Shown piece after piece: positions 51,967 through 61,427 of a stretch of 64,000 bases of DNA. Location: assembly GCA_002104905.1 (NCBI GenBank), contig MCFE01000173.1:79280-143279 (forward strand). The letters are read 5' to 3'. The notes beneath the pieces were generated by a model, which was not told where the DNA came from, did no database searches, and saw only the letters and a program-made list of their open reading frames with translations. How positions within the stretch are numbered: position 1 is the first letter of the stretch; each line of letters opens with the position of its first letter. The translations under genes and the position numbers were made by a program. The DNA comes from Basidiobolus meristosporus CBS 931.73 (Eukaryota; Fungi; Basidiobolomycota).

Positions 51967-54036
51967 TTCTTCGCAGTTAGTAGGATTGACTATTAAATGT
52001 TTGAAATATAATTGTTTAAAGCCATACCTATTATTCATCAATGAAGTGTTAGACCATTTGGTCCGATTAGAATTTGCCAAAAATTGGTTCAGTAAAGGCA
52101 ACATAAGACAAAGTATTTGCAACCATTTTGAAAAAATCAAAATACCAGCACAAAGTGCATACCAGAGAGATTTCATAAGCTTCATTTAGACTTCATATAT
52201 CCTTGCTATGAGGTCAAAATAATTTAAATACAATTGGGCTAATCTCTACTTGTTAATGATTCATATTAACGATGTATCATGAGTCGCTACCACACTGGTT
52301 GCTAAATATTGGCTATTGACTCAGCATTTAGTATGCAAGATATTAGCGTCCATGAGGTTATTCAAGATCCTGAACATGTTGAGGAACCTTACACTACCCT
52401 GGAATAGGCAAGGACTTTACTTAACAAAATGATTTTATGGATGTCATAATCTGCTCCAAGAGTGCAAGTACTCTACTTGAGCATAGTCTATCAGCTAATA
52501 AGCACTAACAATGCTTCAATAAGCCTTGCAATATCATTAATCCTAGTGGCTTAAAGTGACCAAGTAAATGTATGAATCAAGGAGAGAATACACAACTTTG
52601 TTATTATGCATTTATCTAACATGTGTTGCCAATGTGATACTATTGTTAACCAAGTATCGATTCCTACTCTTCTAATAACACTTTTGCAACAAACATGCAA
52701 TGAGCTTTCATCTATTGAGGATATATGGAAAATTCAATGAGCAGTAGTTTGGTTTAAAACCCCATGCAATCCCAAATGACTGTGCGGAGTTTAAGTTCAA
52801 ATATGTAGGCTTGAGGTTTTGGCTACCTAGAGGACCCACAATGATATAAAGGTGTGCCAAGTATCTAGTTACACTCATATCATATATGTATGGTTATATA
52901 TACAAAGCATTCTTGGAGTAGGAAGTATTGCTTGATTCAATTGCCAGTGTAATTTAGTGCAAAAGCAGCAAATTGAAACATGAGCAAGGAGCTAACCCAG
53001 TTGATTAGAGCAGAATCTAAGCACAGCTTGAACCAGAACCCTGCTATCTAATCAGAGATCAATGATGATTGTGCGGAAATTTGGCAATTACTTGATCAGG
53101 CTCTGGTACTGTATTTGCTAGCAAACCAATGGTTGCTCAATCCTAGCTATTGGCTGTAAAAAGGCATAATAGATATGCGGCATATATCATGTAATCTTTG
53201 AGCACTACTTGATCTTTGCTGATATTGTGCATGACATAAATAATGCAATTTTGGTCTGTTAGTGATTAGGCCAAAATGCGGTAATATTAAGGGTTTTGTA
53301 GCGTTGTTAAACGGAAATTATAAATACACCACAAGGAAGATCACTGGAAACTATGTTCAATATTGAGTGCTATTTGTACAGGTTGGACGCTTGAGAAATA
53401 CAGAGGTCTTGAGCGACTTAAACTAGAGTTATATCGTCTCTTATCTTTTAACAGCACTACGAACAACATGGCCATATGAGTCCCTGTCAAGATTCTATAC
53501 GAAAATGATCCTTCGTCGAACTAGAAAGAGCAAAACACACAGTTAAATACCCGAAGTTTCCTGTACTGTTAACCAAGTAGCAGTTTAAAATTACTAATAA
53601 GCCAACAAGATCAATTCGAAATTCACATCAATGTCGCCAAATTCGGTCGCATGATCGAATTATCCCCATATGGCGACCACAATGGATCCCACCAAAGTAC
53701 GCAGTGGGACCCAAGTATTACAAGAACGTCATGATATATTCTTAAACCAATGAGAATGCTGCCTAACCGTATTTAGTCACTGCGCGGATTGCCGACAATA
53801 AGACAACTCATGCCGAGTCGAAGCTTTTCCGAATAGCAGATGTGTATCTCAGTGAGGCACGCTTCCTTGATGTTGAGTGCAACCATCTGGTCCACATGGA
53901 GTAGAGGTGTTCACTAAAGAAAACCACTAACAAAAGGCAGGATAGGTAAAGGGACTAACAGAAGAGTTTATTGATACCCGAAGCTCGCATCGTATAATGC
54001 AGTTGAGATTACATTTAATCTTGGTAAGATAGTTCA

Positions 54037-55404
54037 TTAGATACGATGGATGGATCTTCCATCGACATACACTTCGATGATGTTACGATCATCTCCATTG
54101 TTGATGAATTTCTCGAAGGTGGTCTTGATGTCATCGTGGTCGAATAGGTCAATGGGTGACCCATGGGAAAGTGGATCAATGATCAACGCATCAAACTGCT
54201 TCCCCACCACGAAGTTCCCGATCGAGTTCTTCATGCCAAGCACATCGGCACCACCGAGAGTAGCGAGATAGAAGACCTCGGCCAGCTCGAGGTACTTGTC
54301 ATCGGGGTGCTCGAAGCTGCGAGCGATGGCGGAGAAGTAGCCGTTGCGGATGTTGTTTAGGATAGATGGGCTGTACCCACCGGAGACATCAGTCCCGAGT
54401 CCGAGCTTTTGCCCCTCATTCAGCATTTGGCGGATCTTTGCGATGCCACTGCGAAGGCTGAGGTTCGAGTTAGGGCAGTGAGAGATGCCTGCACCTCTCT
54501 GCTTCAGCAGCTGACGCTCAGCGTCGGTTGGGTACACTACGTGGGCCATGATGGTGCGGTTGGTCAACAGACCATGGGAGTCGTACACAGAGGTGTAGTC
54601 AGGCTGATCAGGGTGGAGCTGCTTCACCCAGGCAATCTCGTCAAGGTTCTCATCAAGATGGGATTGAATTGGAACGTTGTATTTGGTCGCAAGTGCGCTC
54701 AGCCCCCTCATCAGCTCACTTGTGCATGAAGGGACGAAACGGGGGGTGACAATGGGGGTGACTCGAGAGTTCTTCTTCCCTTGAACGTATTGGATGAACG
54801 CCTCGGTATCCTTCAAACTCTGGGCAGTGGTCTCGGTCAGATAGTCGGGGGAGTTGCGGTCCATGTTGACCTTCCCGACAAAAGCGCGCTGCCCTCTGGC
54901 CGCCACAATGTCGGCGAGCGCCTTCGAAGCCTCCAGATGGATGGTGGCATAGTAGCTGGCAGCTGTGGTACCGCTTCGGATCACTCGATCTACAACCTTG
55001 CTGTACGCATCCTTAGCATAGTTCGTGTTGTTGAACCGAGACTCCCGGGGGAAGGTGAAGGTGTTGAGCCAGTCAAGCAACTGCAAGTCCATCCCTGAGC
55101 CAGTGAACACGTACTGCGGCGCATGGATGTGCGTGTCGATCAGTCCAGGCATTAGGAACTTCTGGTTGCCCAATGGGAAAAGGCTGACCCCGTACTTGCG
55201 TGCAATCTGTTGAGCCTGCTCCGCACTGACATTATTTTCCACTTGGACGATCTTCCCTGTCTTATCTACAGCGATGACACCACTGGTGGCATGCTCCAAT
55301 GAAGTGGCACTTACAGAATGGACAAAGCTGCCGTGGAATACCGTCTGAGCAGAAATAGATCCAATCAAGGTGGCAGAGATAATGGCAAGAGAAGTTAGAC
55401 GCAT
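54037..55404 (-). CDS. GUD1: Guanine deaminase (amidohydrolase superfamily) with an N-terminal signal-peptide-like extension
   Basis: 455-aa intronless ORF with MPGLIDTHIHAPQY, TPRFVPSC, SHLDEN, HCPNSN and GLGTDVSGG motifs. Confidence 0.93.
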   Translation of the reverse strand: MRLTSLAIISATLIGSISAQTVFHGSFVHSVSATSLEHATSGVIAVDKTGKIVQVENNVSAEQAQQIARKYGVSLFPLGNQKFLMPGLIDTHIHAPQYVFTGSGMDLQLLDWLNTFTFPRESRFNNTNYAKDAYSKVVDRVIRSGTTAASYYATIHLEASKALADIVAARGQRAFVGKVNMDRNSPDYLTETTAQSLKDTEAFIQYVQGKKNSRVTPIVTPRFVPSCTSELMRGLSALATKYNVPIQSHLDENLDEIAWVKQLHPDQPDYTSVYDSHGLLTNRTIMAHVVYPTDAERQLLKQRGAGISHCPNSNLSLRSGIAKIRQMLNEGQKLGLGTDVSGGYSPSILNNIRNGYFSAIARSFEHPDDKYLELAEVFYLATLGGADVLGMKNSIGNFVVGKQFDALIIDPLSHGSPIDLFDHDDIKTTFEKFINNGDDRNIIEVYVDGRSIHRI

Positions 55405-56758
55405 AGCTGGTTGTTATTACACTTGCAGTGACTTCAAGGTGTTTATATACTTCTCGAAGGTATGATATAGTTACGGTTTTTCTTAGCGAGCAAGAATTGC
55501 CACCATACAGTTCGGCCTCCCAATATTCCCACATGATAATGTAAAGTCCCGTTTGAGGAAACACTTGAACGTCATGCGCTTAGTTTTCACACGGAGTTGA
55601 CTTCTGCCTGCAAGGTGATGTTATGGACGAATGATGTACATTAGAAAATCTAGTAATTAGCTGGTGTACTTATAGAAAATAGGAGATTGTTGGTACCCAG
55701 GTATCTATTTGGCTGAATATCACTATTGTTCGCGAATCCTTTGGAAAGTGACACTGGCGGGGAAATGATTATATCCTTGTTAGCATTTCTAGCCTATAAA
55801 AAGTCAATAACTCAATAATTCAATCAGGACCAATAAAGAGCCAGCACTTGAGAACACTCGATGGTCGGTTGAGGCAATGCAATTTTCGTATGGGTATCGC
55901 TTCTAAAATAATATAGTTGCACATTTCTGCTGACGCTACACAACACCACACTTTATCAGATAATCTCACCACCACACGGAGGTTTTCGATTTAGCTAAAT
56001 CAAGAACAACCCTACTGCTGATAAGCGTAGCTCCAATGAAAGCCTGGGTCTATGATTAATGGGGCAAGTTGTACCGATTCTATGTTGAGCTTGCCAAATT
56101 TGTGGCAGCAAATGCTCATAGAGCACTGACTAAAACTCTGCTACAGCAAGGTTAAACACTACCGGCAGCATCTCCACGAAGCAAAATAGGGCCATACGAG
56201 TTCTTATGACCAACATACAGTTATACTTCAAGAATCTACGTACTAATATGAAGTATACCAACAACTTGAGCGTATCCAACAATCCTATTGACCATCTCTA
56301 ATACAGAGACCAATGCTTAACAAAGCCTTGTCGCCATTTATTAATACTTTACAGACAAAATATTGAAGGCTACACTTTGCTGAGAACCACAATGTATGTT
56401 CATTATTGTAAATGTTAAATATGTATGGTTCCCAATGAAAAATCTCACACTTGGTATTCATCGAATAATATGCTGGCATTCAGCTGGTGTTTTCCTTCCA
56501 AATTTTAGTTGCAATTTTTAATGGAAGTAATGAGCAGCTGATTACCAAGTTTGATTATGAGCACTAGTTAGCCCAGTCTCCTTCTAGAAAATATGTCTGC
56601 TTATCTGCCACAAAGCTGGTACCCAAGATATTTACAGCTGTCAGTTTTGAGAAACTCCAGATTCAATCAAGTACTGCTAGCCTTTTCTTATCTTTTTCTT
56701 AGGGGGTTGTTGCAGTAGCAAGAGTCTTGGGGATATGGGAAGTGATTGGTGGAACAGG

Positions 56759-57245
56759 TAGGGTTAGGGGGGGGAGACAGTCACTAACAGGTGAAGTCTT
56801 TATTTCAGTTGAAACAAAGAAGCCAGCACTACTGTTGTAGCTTTGATACAAGAGTGTGTAGCTGAGGGGAATTTGTAGGTAGGTTAATAAGAAGCAATGA
56901 CAATTCTTAAGTGCTCAAGACACTGTTCAGTGGGAAGGGGGGTAGCAATAGGGGTAAGATTTAATTGTGAACAACATTGATGAGTGGAATATGATAAGGA
57001 TTGATATTTATCATAAAGAGAGTGTGCTGCTACAGATTTTGCTGCCAAAGGTCTGTCAAGTACTTCAGGTAGGCCAGCTTTGGTTTTTCTGACTGCAGAA
57101 TATAATGAGCAAACATCTTGACTTCAGGATTTCCAAGTATTGCTCTCAAGCAGGAGCCAGGTGTAGTGTGGTGTGTTCTTGTTCAGGCCTTTATCAGTGG
57201 GTTGTTGCAGTGGTGAAGTCTGAGATATAATCTTGTTCAAAGGTA
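56759..57245 (-). mobile_element. 3' relic of the telomeric non-LTR element, interrupted by a CACTA end
   Basis: TAGGGTTAGGG(G)n followed by sequence matching 58600-59075. Confidence 0.9.
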
Positions 57246-58595
57246 CTCTATGAAAAATAATTTGGTCCCGGAGTGGATCTGATCCAGATCATCCGTCAAG
57301 ATCCCGTTCAGAGACCGTCATAATAACAGCAGCTTGGAATTAGTGACCCTCCTGACAATCTTATAACAAGATCATGATGGTGTTTTGCAAATTCTTCAGC
57401 CAAATAAAGGGATAAAACTTGACAATTTTTGATTAGTGCAGTGACAATATTTGCATGTTATAGTTGCGGTCATTCAGCGCTCTATTACTATTTTAAGTGG
57501 ATCCAGTTGGCCAGGACTTCCAATTGCCTTATATGGCAAGAAACTTGACGGTATTTTGACGGCCTCACAGCAAGACTCTGATGGCTTTTTTTACGGCAGT
57601 ATGACGGCCTGCTGCTGGTTATGTATAATGCTACCGTACCAATTTACCAAATGGTATTTCCCTTTTCTACCTCCCCTTGTGCAATTTGTATATTCCACTG
57701 TAGAATCACCTTTCTTTATTTGCTTACCCACTACTACCTTGGGTATTCCACATATAGTTTGAATAAAAAAAAACTATGGCCTCCTGCTTACTAACCTCTA
57801 CAAACGTGCACACCTGCCGCAATTGACATACTTCTATCACCTCAACTTTACGGCTTTTTAGTGTGATACTTGCAAAGTTGCCATATACCTTGTACTGCTG
57901 GTAGCATATACATCTTGCAAACATATGCTTGGTTGTTGCCACTTCTGCCATGAATACCTCCTGAATATCAGCAAAAAACTTCTTGGTATTTAGCCAATAT
58001 ATTCCTTCTCCCTGCTGGATTCTAGTCCCCCTTATAGGTGCGCTCTGGCTTTTGTTTGTATGAATTTTGTATCAAATGGTGTAGAAGTTGGCTTGTGACC
58101 ACAAGAAATCTGGCACATCTTGGTGGAGTTTTCCTGATAAAAATTAGTTGCTTGTTGCACCCAACCCAACTTTGCATTACTTAACTGATTACCCACAGAT
58201 TGGGGCTGCTTGGCTTCTTAATGCCATAGGCATAGGTGTCTCCATGTGCACATTTGTCCTCAGTATTTTCCAACTCTTTCTGGCTGTCCTCCATGTGCCA
58301 ACTCATCACATCCATGACAGACTCGAAGGTAATATTCTTGATGAGATTGGGATACGGTAGTACCTGCGACTTGACTTGTCTTCCTATCTCCCCACACATC
58401 CGCTCCATAGGAAACTCCCAAAAGGTGAAGCAAGGCCCAATATTCTCCACACACCATGCAAGATGGAGTAGTGAATGGATACAGTAGCGGCAGAGATCTA
58501 CACATTCAGCTTTATGTTTGTAGTATAGCCGCTCAAATCCCGTCACAAACTCCTCACACAACAGCTATAGATGCGTCAAGTTGGCATTGGGGATC
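57246..58595 (-). mobile_element. 3' part of the CACTA-like element including its terminus, truncated at a TTAGGG junction
   Basis: Reverse complement of 24680-26026. ORF 58181-58561 (FERLYY...HLAWCVENIGP...FPMERMCG). Terminus CTCTATGAAAAATAATT. Confidence 0.85.
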
Positions 58596-58658
58596 TTAGG
58601 GGGGAGACAGTCACCAACAGGTGAAATCTTTATTTCAGTTGAAACAAAGAAGCCAGTG

Positions 58659-61427
58659 CTACTGTTGTAGCTTTGATACAAGAGTGTGTAGCTGAGGGGA
58701 ATTTGTAGGTAAGTTAATAAGAAGTGATGATAGTTCTTCAGTGCTCAAGACACTGTTCAGTGGGAAGGGGGGTAGCAAGAGAGGTAAGAATGACTTGTGA
58801 ACAACATTAATGAGGGGAATGTGATAAGGATTGATATTCATCATAAAGGGAGTGTGCTGCTGCAGATATTGCTGCCAAAGGTCTGTCAAGTACTTCAGGT
58901 AGGCCAGCTTGGGTTTTTCTGACTGCAGAATATAGTGAGCAAACTTCTTGACTTCAGGATCTCCAAGTATAGTTCTCCAGCAGGAGTCAGGTGTAGTGTG
59001 GTGTGTTCTCTTCCAGGCCTTAATCAGTGGGTTGTTGCAGTTGTGAAGTCTGAGGTATAATCTGGTTCTAAGGTAGAGAAGTCTGATCTTATAGGGCATA
59101 AACCCAAAAGCACCAAGAATAGCATGTCTGTAGGGGCATTCAGGCAAATGAGGCACCAAGGAGGTAATGCACCATACTGCAAACTTGTCAAGCTTAGTGC
59201 AGTCTCTAGAAGTAAGAGAGAGAAGTGGTAAGCCAAATTCCAGGACAGGGAAGACAAGCTGCTTGAGTAGAAGGAGGCAGCTGGGAGCTGAAGTTGTAGG
59301 AGGAGTAACAGCCAGTAGCTTGTGGAGTGCCTGTCTTGCCAGGATAATTCTCTTCTTCAGGTGTGCTCCAGAGTCTAGTCCAGTAGGAAGGAAAGGAAAG
59401 CCAAGATATGTAGCAGAAACCTGAGCAGGTAGAGTGGAGTTCTCCAAGTTGATGGGAGAGCCCAAAGGTACTGTCTTTGCAATGGAAAGCTGGAGATTAT
59501 TCTTCTGCAGATACTGGTGGATGGTCTGGGAGTCTTGTTGCACATTGGAGGAGGATATTCTGATGTCATCAGCAAAGAGAGTAACCAGGCAGTCAGCTGA
59601 GAGTCTTGGGAAATCATTCAGGAAGATGGCAAACAGTATAGGACCAAGCACAGAGCCTTGAACCACTCCATTAGGAACTGAGAACACAGCTGATTGCTCA
59701 CTTGGGTGCAGAATTCTTGCTTGTGGATCCAGAAACAGAGATCTGACAAGGAGGGTGAGAGAGGTACTGGAGAAGCATTGCAACTTGGACCAAAGCAGAT
59801 TTCTGTCAACTGAATCAAAGGCCTTAGTAATATCAAACAGAACAGAGGGATACTTGCACTGGAGAGAGTGATCTTGGCTAAGTATGACTGCATATTCCAA
59901 GGAGAGGCCAGGAACAAAGCCAAACTGTGCAGGATGAAACTTGAGGGAGTCAGAGTAGAGCTCCTGAGCAAGCAGAAGCTCAAACACCTTTCTGCAGGTG
60001 GGCAGCAGAGATATTGGCCTGTAGGAGCTAGGATCCAGGTGCTTTCCTTTACCCTTGTACAGTGGCAGAACATTTGCAAAGGACCATTCCTCAGGAGTAG
60101 AAAGCTGGGCTGAGCATTGCTGAAACAGTGGAAGCAGAAGTGCAGACATGGCCTTGGTACTAGTCTTCAGAAGCTCATAAGAGATTGTGTCCACACCTGG
60201 AGCAGTAGAGTTGGGAAGCCTCTTGAGCACATTATGGATTCTCCTTTGATCAAGTGCAAGTGGGATGGGCAGAGTCTTGAAGTCAGGATGAAAGCCAGGA
60301 GTTGAGTACTGCTTTGTAGAGAAGAAGATGTTAGCCAGCTGTTCTGTTGAAGGTAACTTCCTGGAAGAGGGCCTCATTGCCCTGTAGTGTCTTGATACTG
60401 TTCTTGTTATAGAGTTGGAAGATTGCAGAGGCAAAGAACTCATAAAATGATCCCAGAGCTGAGTATGCAGAGTGTGGTGAATTGCCTTGGAGTGGTGTAT
60501 TGCTGTCAGGAGGAGTTTCTCTGTTTTTGGGTTAGGGAAACTCAGGTAGCTTTGTTGCAGGGCTGAAACAATGGATTCCCATTTTCTTGAGGTAACAGCA
60601 GTAGTCTTGCATGGCAGTGAGAGGGAGGCAGACACCAGAATCAGATGCTTCACAAAGAGCCAGGCATAGTTGAGATCATCTGGCAGAGAAAGTAGCAAAC
60701 TGGCAAGCTTCAAGTAGTTCCCAAAGTCTTTCTTCTGATTCTTGGTAGCTTTGTGGGTAAGCACAGTAAGTTTTGGCAGCTTCCTCTTCACAACTGGTTG
60801 CATAGAAAGGGACCAGGCTGGGTGGTCAGAGGCTCTCAAGGATCCTAGCTCAGCTCCAGAGAATTGCTTAACTTCATTCACAAAGTAGAGGGCAGCAGCA
60901 GAAGGGCAGATCCAGTCAACACATCTTTTCTCAGATTGAGCACCTAGTGCTAGCAGGTGGCTTTCTCTCAGGAAGTTCAGTAGGAATGTAGACCTTGGCT
61001 TCATTCTTGCAGTCAGAGTAGTCTTGTTCTCAGGATGGGGAATGTTGAGATCTCCAAGCAAGATAACAGGTGTTGATATAGATTGTTGGTATTGCTGAAC
61101 CTTCTGGCATATAACTTGCACTTCCTGAAGGGCAAGACTTGGAGGCAGATAGCAGAGCACCAGACTGATAGTTGTCAACTGGAGAGCAGCACAGTAAGGG
61201 GAGTAAAGAGGAACACAGAGCTGAGGAGTATTGATGGTAGAAGAGATGAAGCAGATAGAGGAGGTATTCTTTGTTCTAGGAGTAGAAAAGCAATATAGAT
61301 TAGTCAAAAGTATAGAGGGTAGCTGAACATCAATCAAACACAGGAGGGAAAATCTTGAAAGAAGTCTCTCTAGAGTTGTTCTTGATGGCTGTATGCTGTT
61401 GCAGTTAAGCAACAGAACTTCAGGTAG
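58659..61427 (-). CDS. ORF2: APE-type endonuclease plus reverse transcriptase (no upstream ATG; in frame with ORF1)
   Basis: APE motifs LLNCN, CYLPP, LGDLN, VDWI and SDH. RT motifs TAPGVD, YRPISLLP, QFGF, FDITKAFDSV, GVVQGSVLGP, LFADD and YLG. No RNase H or CCHC seen. Confidence 0.93.
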   Translation of the reverse strand, partial: LPEVLLLNCNSIQPSRTTLERLLSRFSLLCLIDVQLPSILLTNLYCFSTPRTKNTSSICFISSTINTPQLCVPLYSPYCAALQLTTISLVLCYLPPSLALQEVQVICQKVQQYQQSISTPVILLGDLNIPHPENKTTLTARMKPRSTFLLNFLRESHLLALGAQSEKRCVDWICPSAAALYFVNEVKQFSGAELGSLRASDHPAWSLSMQPVVKRKLPKLTVLTHKATKNQKKDFGNYLKLASLLLSLPDDLNYAWLFVKHLILVSASLSLPCKTTAVTSRKWESIVSALQQSYLSFPNPKTEKLLLTAIHHSKAIHHTLHTQLWDHFMSSLPLQSSNSITRTVSRHYRAMRPSSRKLPSTEQLANIFFSTKQYSTPGFHPDFKTLPIPLALDQRRIHNVLKRLPNSTAPGVDTISYELLKTSTKAMSALLLPLFQQCSAQLSTPEEWSFANVLPLYKGKGKHLDPSSYRPISLLPTCRKVFELLLAQELYSDSLKFHPAQFGFVPGLSLEYAVILSQDHSLQCKYPSVLFDITKAFDSVDRNLLWSKLQCFSSTSLTLLVRSLFLDPQARILHPSEQSAVFSVPNGVVQGSVLGPILFAIFLNDFPRLSADCLVTLFADDIRISSSNVQQDSQTIHQYLQKNNLQLSIAKTVPLGSPINLENSTLPAQVSATYLGFPFLPTGLDSGAHLKKRIILARQALHKLLAVTPPTTSAPSCLLLLKQLVFPVLEFGLPLLSLTSRDCTKLDKFAVWCITSLVPHLPECPYRHAILGAFGFMPYKIRLLYLRTRLYLRLHNCNNPLIKAWKRTHHTTPDSCWRTILGDPEVKKFAHYILQSEKPKLAYLKYLTDLWQQYLQQHTPFMMNINPYHIPLINVVHKSFLPLLLPPFPLNSVLSTEELSSLLINLPTNSPQLHTLVSKLQQ

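Noticed and set aside
54050-55213. Plus-strand ORFs overlapping the guanine deaminase
   Set aside because: Antisense shadows of a codon-biased gene. The same applies to ORFs opposite RAD4, ORF1 and ORF2.
60528-60537. GGGTTAGGG inside ORF2
   Set aside because: It encodes in-frame F-P-N-P with no junction or discontinuity, so it is probably coincidental rather than a telomere remnant.
58659-61427. Reading ORF2 as telomerase RT, a Penelope-like (Coprina/Athena) RT or MoTeR1
   Set aside because: The N-terminal APE motifs and LINE-type RT signature, with no TERT T-motif or C-terminal restriction-like endonuclease visible, do not fit these classes.
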